DNA of 64,000 nt. Origin: Owenia fusiformis (Eukaryota). A program made the translations under genes and the position numbers. Each line of letters starts with the position of its first letter. The first letter of the stretch is position 1. Location: NCBI GenBank assembly GCA_903813345.2, contig CAIIXF020000001.1:18662001-18726000 (forward strand), in the 5' to 3' direction. The notes under the pieces were generated by a model that was not told the origin of the DNA, searched no databases, and saw only the letters and a list, made by a program, of their open reading frames with translations. Below, in pieces: positions 1 to 13,080 of the stretch.

Positions 1-2204
1 AAGAACCAACCATGATGGTTAAATTATGATATGAATTATTAATGAGATATATGAATCTGGGACAGTATCTTGACATAAGTGGGGCAAACTGAAATCCTTC
101 CATTGACATTAATTTTATCATGTCTCCAATGTGATTAAAGTATCATTAATTCTAGGTGAAGGCTTTCATGTTGGTAGGTAATTACATTGGATTCAATTTC
201 AATGAGATTTTTGAGGTCACTGTGACTATTAGACAACATTGGTAAATAAAAAACTAAGGCAGTGTTTAATTCTTCAGTCAGGATCCCATAAAATTTCATG
301 TCCTAAGGTTAGTGACATCACACTTGACAGTGACCAAATCTCTGGTGTTAACTTTCTGAGAATTCAACTAAGCATTTTTGGATAGTTTGCTCACAAAACG
401 ATGATGAACTAATTGCCTGCCATATTTCTGTGAATGCATGTTCATGCATATGATCATGACTCATGACCTTTGAACTTGGGGACATTGACTGAGAAATTGA
501 TGTTGTCTTTTCTTTTCAATTAACTAGAACAGTTGATTGTCTGGTTTATAATCAGTATGTTTGACCACTGAATTCCATAAATGCAAATATATGTTCTTCT
601 GGTTTGTTTTTCATATTAGAATCGTAAAAAGACCTCTGTTCAATGATTTATGGCAAATATATGACCACAGATCTTATTCTGGCCATTGCTAAAGACCTCA
701 ATCCCTACGCGATTTCAGTCTTTTAACAATGAACAGAAGAACATTTTCATTGATATATTAGCGTGTCATAAATCATTGAATCTCAGTCTTTATTCCTTAG
801 AGACAATTCAATATAAATAATTACATGATAATATAATTAGATCATCATAAAAAATCACATATGATTAACTGATATTGACGACAGAACCTAGTACTATATC
901 CTAGTTCTTTTAGTGGAATATTTGGTATGCAAAACATTTCACAGAAAAGTGTTAAGAATAGGAAGAATGTGATTAATGAAGACTAGACTCAGTCCCATGG
1001 GTATGTAGTGCTATGTTTTTAAGGGTATAGGTATGTATAGTAGGTCTTCAACCACTATGACTGTGATATGATATTATCACAAATGTGGATATTTTGGGGG
1101 TAAATGGAGGGTCGTTTCTTGTGCTGGGCTACAATGTCTAAATGTTCATAAAAGTTTATATTATTCCTATGCTGTAGAAATACCAAAAGACTCAAAATAC
1201 TTTATGTCAAACTGGTTTATCTAATAAAAATCGTATACAATTTCCACCCCGATTACCCTCAAGCAGTCTAGTTATAAACTACCCTGTGCCTAGTATCGAC
1301 TATATTACAGTTTAGCAGCCCCGCCCCATGACAAATGCCTGTGATAGCTCGGGTCATAAATCATTTTACACTACAACACACTGACCTATTCTCAACCAAT
1401 CAGCCAGCTGGAAGGAACAAGTGCTAAATGCGTGTACAATAATTATGCAATAACGTCAGAGATTATAACCAATAACCATACTTAGAAAGTTGTCAGTATT
1501 TCGACGACGAACTCTGATTTGCTCGGTGAGTTCAGAGATTTATTGAAAACTGAAAAAGTGAAGACGAAGCTGTCTTTTGAGAAACAAAGTCGAACATATG
1601 CAAAGGGTACATCCTGATCCATATAATACCATAGTATTGTAGGATAAAATCAACCCCCCTCATTTAAAACTAAGCATGAGCTTACATAAGAATACAAAAT
1701 TGCTTTGCGGTTCAAATTGGCACTTTAGTGAGTGAGTTCCAATTAGCATCTGTCACACATGATAAACGACCTTTGCTAATCTGCCCTCTTGGTTCACTAT
1801 GCTTCACTAGGTTCGCCAATCAAGGCAGATATGGATTAAAAGACATAATACTGGCAATTAAACAACATAGTGATCATGACCTTCAGAAGCAAAATTGCTT
1901 ATTACAACATAAACAGTAACAATGCAATATTTTCTTTGAAGTTGTGTTTTTATTATACCACAAAAACATGATAATCTCCACATCAACGAGCACAAACCGT
2001 GAATAAATATTCAGAATGATTCCTGCCATTTCAAAAATTATGAAAATTATGACTAAATTGTGTTGATGATCAATCATAGAGGAATTGGATTGTGAGTCCC
2101 GAGACAGACTTTCTTTGCACTATACTATAATTCTGATACCTATCATAACTTTCAGTTTTCAGCAAGGGATATGCATGTGGCTTAAAAAGGATGGTCAAAG
2201 GAGT

Positions 2205-2409
2205 CAGGCCCATAGCCAGGAGGTGGGGTTTGGGTGGTTCGAGCCTATCCACCCCCTTCGCCAAAAATTCTTTCAAAATCATGCAGTTTTTCACCATTCT
2301 GAGCACTTTTTCAGTGATTTTGGGCCAAAGTTGTCTAATGTGAATCTACCCTGGAATCTTTTGAAAAGTGGACCACCCTGGCCTTTAAGAAAAATTGGCT
2401 ATGGGCTTG
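2205..2409. mobile_element. hAT-like MITE with 5-bp TSD
   Basis: TIR CAGGCCCATAGCCA ... TGGCTATGGGCTTG; GGAGT on both flanks. Confidence 0.75.
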
Positions 2410-2564
2410 GGAGTGAACCATGTCACATGTGTGGTACTGTAACACCAAAATTGGAAAAAAAATATTTAGAAAGGTATCTACTGTTTCCAATGGATTATTT
2501 CAAGACATCATTTTGAGAACGGCAGCAACAGCTAGTGACAATACGATAGTAAGGCATCTTACAA

Positions 2565-2692
2565 AACAAGGCATTAACACACAAAATATCACCACCTGAC
2601 GGCAAAACTCCAAACAAAACACAGCTGAACACTATCCACAAAAAGTTGGAGACTACAACAATATGTCACCACTTGTGATGGAGACATAAAAA
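2565..2692. mobile_element. Short, array-less copy of a Helentron-associated (HINE-like) family
   Basis: AACAAGGCATTAAC...ATCACCACC ... GGAGACTACAACAATATGTCACCACTTGTGATGGAGACATAAAAA. The same ends occur at about 38063-38200, 40248-40430, 48050-48165, 50398-52696 and 59170-59315. Confidence 0.7.
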
Positions 2693-2799
2693 TGACAGAA
2701 TGATGCAGCTGTTGAATATTACAGCTGTTATATTTTGATACCTCAATAAAAGATATATATACAATATACATGTATATAGTTGGAAATAAAACTTTAAAC

Positions 2800-3620
2800 A
2801 AGACATGCAGTGGTAAATATCACATTTGAAATTCAAAATGGCCACCTCGTAAATTACCAAGCATGCCCAAATTTTGGCAATATTCAGTCATTGTAACTGT
2901 ATTTATCCCATAGTTGAGCGAGGTCAAATCTGTAGAATAACACATATATATATTTATGATATTTTACAAATGGGTGGAAAAAAGCTATCACTTTTTTCGA
3001 CAGATTTGAAAACTCCCGCCAATGTGACGTGCATTGTTTCATGAGCTTACATGGTGATTTCATGACGTCACAAATATGGAAATGATTAATGTTTTGGCTA
3101 TACAGTTCAAATGACAAAATAAAACTGAATGTTGCTTTGATATACTTTGTAAGGTCATGGACATAGACCAACTACGTCCATGGTTAGGTGAACTATGGGA
3201 TAAATAGAACATCCTATGATTTTTTTGAGATATCATTTTAAGCCACTCGTTGATATAAATATCTGCACTCATTCACGACACTCACCCGACCAGATATTGA
3301 ACAAATATTTCACTCTATTGAGGTGAATACCTGTACATCTTTCACAAGTGGAATATCACCTTGTGAAAGTGCTACAGGTATTCACCGAAAATAGAGTGAA
3401 ATATTTGTTTTATTATTATTGAATATCGCCAGATATCCCAGGACATGTGACCCGATTTTGACCAATCATACTGTCGCTAGCTAGATAGTGATATAATAAT
3501 GATATATACTCATAAAATAAAAATGATGACATGCAGTGGTAAATATCACATTTGAAATTCAAAATGGCCACCTCATAAATTACCAAGCATGCCCAAAACC
3601 TATCAAATGGCACTATTCAG
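2800..3620. mobile_element. Two adjacent fragments of a hairpin-containing non-autonomous element (Crypton-like, tentative)
   Basis: A direct repeat of about 70 bp (GACATGCAGTGGTAAATATCAC...CATGCCCAAA) at about 2802 and 3528, and a long hairpin at 3301-3409 (ACAAATATTTCACTCTATT...AATAGAGTGAAATATTTGT). Confidence 0.45.
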
Positions 3621-4216
3621 TCTTTTTGTAAAATAATCCATGCTTAATAGGACAGTTTTTTGCTACCTCAATGACAAAAAATTTTGTACAATGCTCATAC
3701 ACTCATCAGTACAAAATGACGCTAATATAGCACTTTTCAAGTGAAATCAAAATAGTAACAATGATTAAGGAGAACATTCTTGTGTGAACTAAAATATTAG
3801 CAGGTTTTAATGCACATTATTGTTTATATGGCATATATAGCATATATATTGCATATACTCATTAGAAAGATATAATATGGAATGATAAAAGCGGTTTATA
3901 GGTAAATGAAGTGAGCAAACTGCGATCAGATTGATATTCAACAGCAAAGCAATCTCCCTTATGTGTCAATTTATCCATCAGTCAGAGAAGCAGGTACCTG
4001 TAATTAAATCAACTAACGCTTTTATAATCCAATATGCTTTATCAGTAATGCTTTTCTATTACAATATATTCAATTGGACATATCATGTGAGGCACAATGA
4101 ATACTAAAAGAATAAAAGAATGAAAACATCATATTCAGGCAGAGACGTATTAAGTACATGTTAACATGTATATACATTTATGTTTCTGATTCAGGGTATT
4201 GCCCTATTAATAAGTA

Positions 4217-5092
4217 CACTCCCCTCCATAAGTTTGGCAACCTTTTTCCCCCATTGAACTACGTGTTAAAGCCTCTTTAGGTTTGAATTTTTATTTAATT
4301 AACCGGCGATAAAATAACTTATAATATTGATGGAAACGTAACTTGACTTTATTTCCAATGCCTCCAATTTTCTAAATTTTTTTCCTCAATTACAATAGGT
4401 CGAAAATTGATGATAAATTTGATGAATTTTTGAAAATCGTCATTCCCATGTAATCCAATGGGAAATGGAGGGTTCGGGGCAAATCAGAAATCAGGATATC
4501 TTTTCAGTAAAAGATTCAGCAAAAAATATTTTTATATAGAAAATTGAATTGTCTAGCTTTTTTGAACACTAAGTGTTTAGTTTATTAGATGAATATTAAA
4601 GTTACAGCGCTTCAAAGTCATTTTTGAAAATAATTTTTCGCCTCCTGTGTTATTTCAATGGGAGAGGTTTTTTGAAAAACAATTTTGACTTTAAAGCCCT
4701 ATAACTTTGTTGAACCTGAAGAAACATATCAATTTTTTGTTAAATAGAGTTAGCAAATTCAATTTCCTGCCTACCACGTATTTTTTGCAAGGACTCGGAT
4801 GGATGGATATTCTGTCATATGACTTGCGGCAAACCTACCATTTCCCATTGGTTAACATGGGAATGTCGATTTTCAAAAAATCATCAAATTTATCATCAAT
4901 TTTCGACCTATTGTAATTGAGGAAAAAAATTGAGAAAATTTGGAGGTATTGGAATTAAAGTCAAATTACGTTTCCATCAATAGTATAAGTATTATCATCG
5001 CAGGTTAAGTAAATAAAAATTCAAAGGTAAAGAGGCTTTAACACGTAGTTCAATGGGGGGGAAAAAGGTTGCCAAACTTATGGAGGGGAGTG
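4217..5092. mobile_element. Tc1/mariner-type MITE with long TIRs
   Basis: TA|CACTCCCCTCCATAAGTTTGGCAACC ... GGTTGCCAAACTTATGGAGGGGAGTG|TA; inverted arms of about 240 bp. Confidence 0.9.
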
Positions 5093-6245
5093 TATGTGTA
5101 GTATGAAGATTATTCCTTGATGTCTGGATTCAATAGCAAGATATTCTAAGCCTATAAATATTGCAAACATTATGAGAAGTATATCAGATATATATGCAGC
5201 TTTCATCTTTATCAAGATTCAGTTGATACATTCCATACATGTAAAAATTCAAAAGTTGAACATGTTTCGCCTGTCCTGAATATTCATATGGACCAACAAA
5301 TGCATGCTAAAAATATGCCAATATCGTCATTCTCATACAAAGCTGCTATATGTTTTGCCAATAGCCTTAAAAGTGAGTAGACCAACTGAGAGCAGCAGAA
5401 ATATCTTTTTTAATTATCTGTTTTATAAGTTATCATTTGTTGTTGGTGAGCGGTCATTAACTTAATCCCATAGCCTCCTTCCCATCGCCTCGAGAGGGGA
5501 AGCCTCACAGATAGGTAAATTACAATGAAGTACTAAATATTTCTCCCCACATATCTCTTAGAGAGACTTCAGGTCTACTTGTGAGTCTACCTTATTAAAA
5601 GCCCCAGGCACTGAAACACTCTGCTACATCCTTCCCAGCCAGAGTGCATTATTTGAATTCTCATGCTGTCTTGTACTAATAGAACTCAACTAATATTTCT
5701 TTCTTTGACATAAGCATTTTGTCTTGGCCACAAAAGCATGTTCAGAAATATAGTATACTGCAAGATAAACAAAGCTTCCAGATGTTAAGAAAATAGGACC
5801 ATTGGATGTGACTTATATATTTTATTGTTCGTGACATACGACATCAGTTTCATCCAGTACAACTAGAATCTAGATACTTATGAGGAACCCAAAAATGTCC
5901 ATATTGATATAATGTTAGGTCACTAATAGATATGTACATTCGAAAAATCATATTTTCATATTAGTATCATTACATATGTATTACAATTCAGAATGACTCT
6001 CTTTAAAAGCAATATAATTGGAAAGAGTAATATAGTAAATGCTTTATAGTGTAAAACAATTAACAAAAAGCAGTAAACATTTCTAGCTCATTAGTTGTAT
6101 TCCCAAGGACTCTCTTTGTCACTCTAGATAGGATTGTCTAGAATATTCTACGAGTCAAAAGATTCACCTCTGCCTCAATATTCTATCCTACTAGTTTTTA
6201 TATAGGTATTGCAAGTTTTGCCAACCTCAGTATTCTTACACTGAA

Positions 6246-7275
6246 TCAAGATGAATACTAAGTTGCATACAGCTACATTAACATTCTATTACCAAGTCAA
6301 GATGAGCACTAAGTTACATAAACCTGCGTCAACATTCTATTACCAAGTCAAGATGGGCATTAAGTTACATGAACCTGCGTCAACATTGTATTACCATGTC
6401 AAGATAGGCACTAAGTTACATAAACCTGCGTCAACATTGTATTACCAAGTCAAGATGGGCACTAAGTTACGCCTGTATCAACATTCTATTACCAAGTCAA
6501 GATGGGTACTGAGTTACCCCTGCATCAATATTCAATTACCAAGTCAAGATGGGCACTAAGTTACACCTGCATCAATATCCTATAACCAAGTCAAGATGGG
6601 CACTAAGTTACGCCTGCATCAATATTCTATTACCAAGTCAAGATTGGTACTTAGTTACATCCGCATCAATATTCAATTACCAAGTCAAGATGGGCACTAA
6701 GTTATACCTGCATCAATATCCTATTACCAAGTCAAGATGGGCACTAAGTTATACCTGCAACAATATTCTATTACCAAGCCAAGATGGGCACTAAATTACA
6801 CCTGCATCAATATTCAATAACCAAGTCAAGCTGAGTACTAAGTTATTACACCTGCATCAATATTCTATTACCAAGTCAAGATGGGCACTAAGTTACACCT
6901 GCATCAATATTCTATTACCAAGCCAAGGTGGGCACTAAATTACACCTGCATCAATATTCAATAACCAAGTCAAGCTGAGTACTAAGTTATTACACCTGCA
7001 TCAATATTCTATTACCAAGTCAAGATGGGCACTAAGTTACACCTGCATCAATATTCTATTACCAAGCCAAGATGGGCACTAAATTACACCTGCATCAATA
7101 TTCAATTACCAAGTCAAGTTGAGTACTAAGTTATTATACCTGCATCAATATTCTATTATCCAAGTCAAGATGACTCCTAAATTACATACACCTGCATCAA
7201 TATCTAATTACCAAGTCAAGATAACTACTAATTAACATACTTTTAACCTGTATCAACATTCTATTATCCAAGTAT
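6246..7275. repeat. 47-bp minisatellite (about 21 units, with 50/51-bp variants)
   Basis: Unit CCAAGTCAAGATGGGCACTAAGTTACACCTGCATCAATATTCTATTA. Confidence 0.95.
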
Positions 7276-8488
7276 AGGACATCATGTATATTTTGAATCC
7301 TATACACAGGACATCTGTTTGTATAAGAAGTTCATATGGTCATAAACTGATGCGTTTGCATGCAAAATATTCAGTCTATGTGCTTGTTCCTTTTGATCAA
7401 GGTGTTAACTCTTGGACACAGAGAATAGTATCAAATGACACTTAAACCTAGCTTGACATTCAAAGCAGGTAGTAGCATTTAGGCTTAATTTTATGACAAA
7501 ATTTGTGGAATTCCCCAGACAGTAACACCAATAGAGCACTTTGTATTCAAGTAAGATTGGTACTGAAGAATTATGTAATCCATGTGCCCCTTGGTAGACA
7601 CTGATACAAACAGTGAAAAAATAATCAGCTATGGACTAGTGAGGAAATAGTCATTTATAGGGACTAATGAGTAATAGTCAGATAGGGACAGAGTCAGATA
7701 GGTCTGGCAAGCGAGAACACTACTCAAGTCAAAATACCTATCAATCCATTAAAGCCCCCATATAAAATTCAAACCACTTTGGCTTATATTGTAGTCTTAC
7801 CCTATGTTATCAAAGTGTGATATGTGAAACTTTTTCTTTTAATTTCAAAAAGTGGTTTTTGAAGGACCTTTTGTTCGAAAAATTGTGAATTTATTTAAAA
7901 CTATCTTTAAGAGGTGACATATATCTTTTAATAAGCGATAATTCATACCAATGCATTGCATAACATTCATCCTCAATGTTTTTTTGCCGAAAAAAAAGAA
8001 GAAAATCGGTTCATAAATAAACGAGCAATGAAACCATCAATGCATGAAAATGGTCCAGAGAAAAATAGATTTCAAAATTTCAGTTCTCATAGAAACCAAT
8101 GATACAATAATATCTAAAACATAATATATTCTTCCTTTTAACCCCATTAGACAATCAACATTGTTGTTTTTTAAGTTTAGTATATTTAGAAAAGAATGAC
8201 ATAGAATTTTTTTCAATTTCAAAATATTTTGCCTCTCTTGTATGCTTTCAGTTAACATATTAAATCATATATATTTTAATAAAATATGTAGTTTTAGATA
8301 ATAGTAGATAGGAGTTTTAGTGAGTAGTTGTGACTAATGTAATCATGTAATGATACAAGATGTCAATAAAAGTTATATGCTTAGGTTGCAAAGTATTTTT
8401 GATATACTAAAACATTGAAGTGGTACATTAAATGATTGAGAAGTAGATATTTGGATAAAAATCTAAAGTAGGATAATGATGTTCTTAC

Positions 8489-11400
8489 TTGTTTAATACA
8501 TCCTGAAGCAGGAGTCTATCTGGAGCATCTAGAAGGTATTCATTCAGTGCATTGCCCCACAGTGTGATAGGTGGTGTGTCAACCTCAATATAAAAATGTT
8601 CGTCGTGGCTAGGGTACCCTATTAATCAAAAGGTTACACAACATGACTGAGTTTACCAAACTTACCAACACTAAGCATGGCATGATTGCCTAATGCAAAA
8701 ATATGATTGCTAAAAATCACCCCAGATTCGATTTATCAATATTGAAAATTTTAAAAAAATCATCAGATATTATTGATAATCGTTATATCAAATGAACTTA
8801 CCCCTAAACTGTGTAAAATATCTCATTCATAATAAATTGGCATGAGAAACTCGAGCGAAATTTAAAATTAATAAAAACCTTTTAAAGAGCTCATTCCATA
8901 AACCAATTACAAACATTTTACAATCATCTATTTGATGATTGCAATTTCAGAAACCTATTAATATACAACTGTATGTACATATCGAATCATTTGTATTGAA
9001 TTGTTTTATTTATATCTAGCTATAGATCTCATCTAAAATTATGTATCTTGGGATTCTTTATCAACATGCAGGGTACAGCACAGAAAACAAATCCAAAAGG
9101 TGGAAATAAACAAGTTTTGTTTATTACCTGGAGGACATAACAGCTTAAACTCATGCTCGCTACCAAGCAACATGTGTAGCAACCCACCTCCATCATCCTG
9201 GACACTAGACTGAAACATAATTGCATATATGTATAAGGCAATAAGATACAACATGATGAGAATATGTAGCATGTAATTTTCTTGAAATAATTATCAATGG
9301 TTGTTCAATGTTTGTGTTGTGTAATGTTTTCACATTCCTGTTGAATGGATATTCACATGGCATAGATATGGTAGAATATTTGTAAAAAATCTTTGTAGTA
9401 GCCTTCATTTAGAAGAACACAGGCCTAAATGTCCAACATTGTAATTCAATGTTGTTCTGTGCCAATCAAGTCTAAAAATAATATGAGTCATCTGCTGTAT
9501 TAGTTTAATACAGTAAGACCTGTTGAAGATGCTCCAACATTGAGACCAAAATATTGAAGAATCACCTATCTACATAATGTATAATCAACAAACCAGGAAT
9601 CAGATTTTGCGTGTACAGTAGAACATGCTTTAATGAACATCTCTGTTAGTGGAACACTTCGAAACACAGAACATCTTTTGGCAGAACCACTAAACATGTT
9701 TTACTGAATTTGATAATTTTCATACTGAGACTTCCGGAGCTTACAAGGAAAAGGTTTTGAGATTCAATTTATTATCACTTGGATATTGAACTCATGCTTC
9801 ATGGCTAACTAAACAAAGCTTACATGGTTAAATGTATGAGTATATATTACTAAAAGTTGATAGGTAAGTCAATTTTATTATCAAAATCTTTTTTTTGATT
9901 GATGCACAGTTACTCACTTCGAGAGCCATTTTAGATTTTGAAACTAATGGCTCTCCATCAGAGCTATGGACAGCTGAATAATAGTGACCTTTGAAACACG
10001 AAATAATGCGCCTTACTTTTGTTCTCTAACTGTGTCCTACATCAGTATCATCCATCCTTGCAAGTATCGGAGCGCTGAAGTACTTCCTTTTCAATCAAGA
10101 CTTGTAATTGTTAGTCGAGTGAATGTTTTTTCTGACCAATTCCAATATGGCGGAGGTTGCATTCACCCGATGAACAATTAACAAGTTTTGCTCGAAAAAG
10201 AAGTAGTTCGCCGCTCCAATACTTGCAATGCATGGATGGATGATACTGATGTAGGACACAGTTAGAGACCAAAAGTAAGCTGCTGATCGCATTATCCGTG
10301 TTTTAAAGGTCACTATTATTCAGCTGTCCAGTGTGCCATTGAAAAGCTATTATATCACAATCCACATAGCTTTCGCAGGAAGTAAATGCACAGCAATTTT
10401 GAATTAGACTACTGGATCTTGCAGCTGATCCATTGCCTCATTATCTTTTCATATAACCGTACACCCAGATGGGGGAGGTCCCTGAGCGCCTCAGAAATCT
10501 CCCCATGGAAGTCAAAGTTATTTTACAACACATATAAATGATTAATGAGGGAATATGAGTGTTTGCGTTTATTTACTTCCTTATTTCCTTCATATTTGAA
10601 GAGCTCGATCAATCATGGACAGTACTCAAACTCAAACATAAGAGCAGTTTTGAGAATCTCATGTTACTTGTAACGGCTATCACAAAACCATATTCATAAA
10701 CGTGGTCAGCAAAAGTGATATTACGTGACTTCTATTTCTTTGACTAATCAGAAAGCATCTAAAAATATTATGAGGAAATGTCAACTTCAAACTGAAATTT
10801 TCTGATGTTTTTTCGGATATATATCTTCCTAATACAAGGTATTTTGCAATGTATGTGCATTTGGAAGTATTATTTTATATCAATCAAACCATGCGATTGC
10901 TGAATTTGCAATGAAAATAATACAATATGAGAACTGATACTTTCATTTCTCGCCTTAAACTACAAGAATGATATAACAACCTGATCCGATCCGATCCAAT
11001 ATGAAACGCACCCCCTTTGAAAAAATTTACGGGGCTGCCTTTAGTATGCAGGCCTGTCAACTGTCCCGCAATTTGCGTATTTGTCACGCATTTGCTGAAG
11101 AATTTGAAGTCACGCCAGTTACTTTTGCGTGACAGAAAATGTCACGCAAATACGCATTTTACCTGGTAATTGTCAAGCAAAAATATTTCTGTAGAAAATT
11201 TTCTAAAAAAGATCGTCTACACAGCAAAAATACGAACGACGGGAAAAAAACGTACGCATTTCGTTCGGACTTTTCACGTGAAATACGGATATGTCACGCA
11301 TTCCGTTCGAAATTTTTCGTACCTACCCCCCCCCCCCCCCCCATTGATGGATGTTTGAAACGCGAGCGTAGGGAGCGCGAAAAATTTGAGGTGTTCAAAA

Positions 11401-11988
11401 TTTGGCAAGATGTAATAAAATTTAAACCAAGGTGTTCAAAATTTGGATCAAGGTGTTCAAATTTGGACCAAGGTGTCCACATTTTGAGGGGAGGTGTTCA
11501 ACATTTCCAAGTCACTCATGTTATGTGTTCCCAAGTTGACAGGCCTGAGTATGTATCCAACTCTGTATATATTCAGACTAAATAGGATATAGTCTAGGGC
11601 TGCCTTGCAGAACATTTTCATCCATATCATGCAGATTCAACGAGTAAACACCTTATTCAGAAAAAGTGCAAGGAATTTCCCACCACTTTCCTCATTTCAT
11701 GCAAGTGATATTAGGCAAAGCTATGAACTTATTCCTTGATTCTATATCACCTAAAAGGAAGTGGAATTGATTTCAAACATCCAATTTCTTCAGGAAAAAA
11801 ATAAAAACAAAAATTTGAAGTCAGTTCTTCGGGTCCAATAAGGTACCTAAACAATATATAACTTGTTTTAGTTATAAGATATTCATTCAAACCCTTACCT
11901 CCAGCAGGAATATAGTCTCACTGTTTGTTGCTTCTTGCCATTTTTCGAATTCTTGTACTAAAATATTTGTGTCTTCCTTGACCGCCAT
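8489..11988 (-). CDS. 5' part (exons 1-3) of an unidentified spliced protein-coding gene; 3' exons not located
   Basis: Exons 11988-11899 (aaacATG, MAVKEDTNILVQEFEKWQEATNSETIFLLE|GTAAGG), 9209-9128 (tttcag|SSVQDDGGGLLHMLLGSEHEFKLLCPP|GTAAT) and 8618-8489 (tag|GYPSHDEHFYIEVDTPPITLWGNALNEYLLDAPDRLLLQDVLNK|GTAAG) join in frame with phases 0, 1, 2. Confidence 0.8.
9967..10330. mobile_element. Fold-back MITE
   Basis: TGGACAGCTGAATAATAGTGACCTTT ... AAAGGTCACTATTATTCAGCTGTCCA; arms of about 125 bp; no clean TSD. Confidence 0.8.
11049..11547. mobile_element. hAT-like MITE with 6-bp TSD
   Basis: CAGGCCTGTCAACT ... AGTTGACAGGCCTG, flanked by AGTATG on both sides; poly-C centre. A second copy lies in the opposite orientation at 27300-29661. 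Confidence 0.9.
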
Positions 11989-13074
11989 GTTTTTATTCTA
12001 AACTTTTCTCACCTCCGAAATTAAAGAGCTATTTGCTTTCACTTTCGATTTAGGATTAAAACTAATCTTTCGCAGTATATTGAAATATAACTACCTTTCA
12101 GGACCAAGGTATTATATATCATTATCATCATACCCACGTTGATTAAATCAGATGTACCATCACGTTATGAATAGCAGCCAAGAGAAGAATCTAAGCTTAC
12201 ATGTTATGTATTGGCAATTTAAACTTTATCCAGATTAATAGATGTCATTACTGACAATAGGTTAAATGATCAGAAGCCCTCACTGAATTGCTTCATTATG
12301 AATTATTAAATCTGATCATCACACAGGTATTTTATAAGTGTGTGTCAGGTATTGTTAACCTTCAGTTTTCAGGGAGGAAGGATCAAAAAATTGTTTATAT
12401 CCATGTCAATGAAAAGACATTCTAATACTATAATAACATCTTTAATACTGTTGTAAACTCTCCATTGAAAGCCCATGTGTAAACCCTGGGTATAAACTAG
12501 CAATATGTTCTGATACATTTTGTGTTCTGGTATCATCAGAGGGGAGGGGCACATATCATGTGTGTTGGTTATCATGTATTTAGTGGCCTTATGTTTAATA
12601 AACACAAAGCTAGGCCAGGTGTGTCCGATTCCAGCCAATCCAAACACAATATTTTATTTAACTGCACTGCATTATATAACCAATCACTCCATCCAAGGTC
12701 ACTGATTATATGGTTGTCAAGGTGACAGCTTGACTCTACAGATTATTAATGCTTTGCCAATTTGACCCTTGCAAAAAGTTTCTTTGAAAATATGTTCGTT
12801 TAGTGATTTGGTATCTTATTTTGCAATATGTGAAAAGAATTTAAGCCCATGGCTTGATGTATTATGGAATGACCATTCCTTTCAGAAGCTGTTGCCTAAA
12901 ATTAACACTAGATGCTGCAAATCTCATGCAAATTTTGGAATGGTCATTCTACATTGCACTGAGTCCAGGGCTTAAATCTTTAAACATTACATAGGGTTAC
13001 ACTGTCACTGTCATTAGCTGTACCAAAGACAAAACAATGAATTAAAACAAAACAAATGAATTCTCTTAATTATT

Positions 13075-13080
13075 TTTATT
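13075..13080 (-). terminator. Candidate polyadenylation signal of SSUH2 (3' UTR of about 2.5 kb)
   Basis: Minus-strand AATAAA followed about 20-40 nt downstream by a GT/T-rich tract (TTTGTTTTGTTTT). Other sites are possible. Confidence 0.35.

Noticed and set aside
11139-11585. 148-aa ORF here and the related 153-aa ORF at 29157-29618
   Set aside because: Both lie inside copies of a ~500-bp MITE with poly-C and short internal repeats; no transposase motifs.
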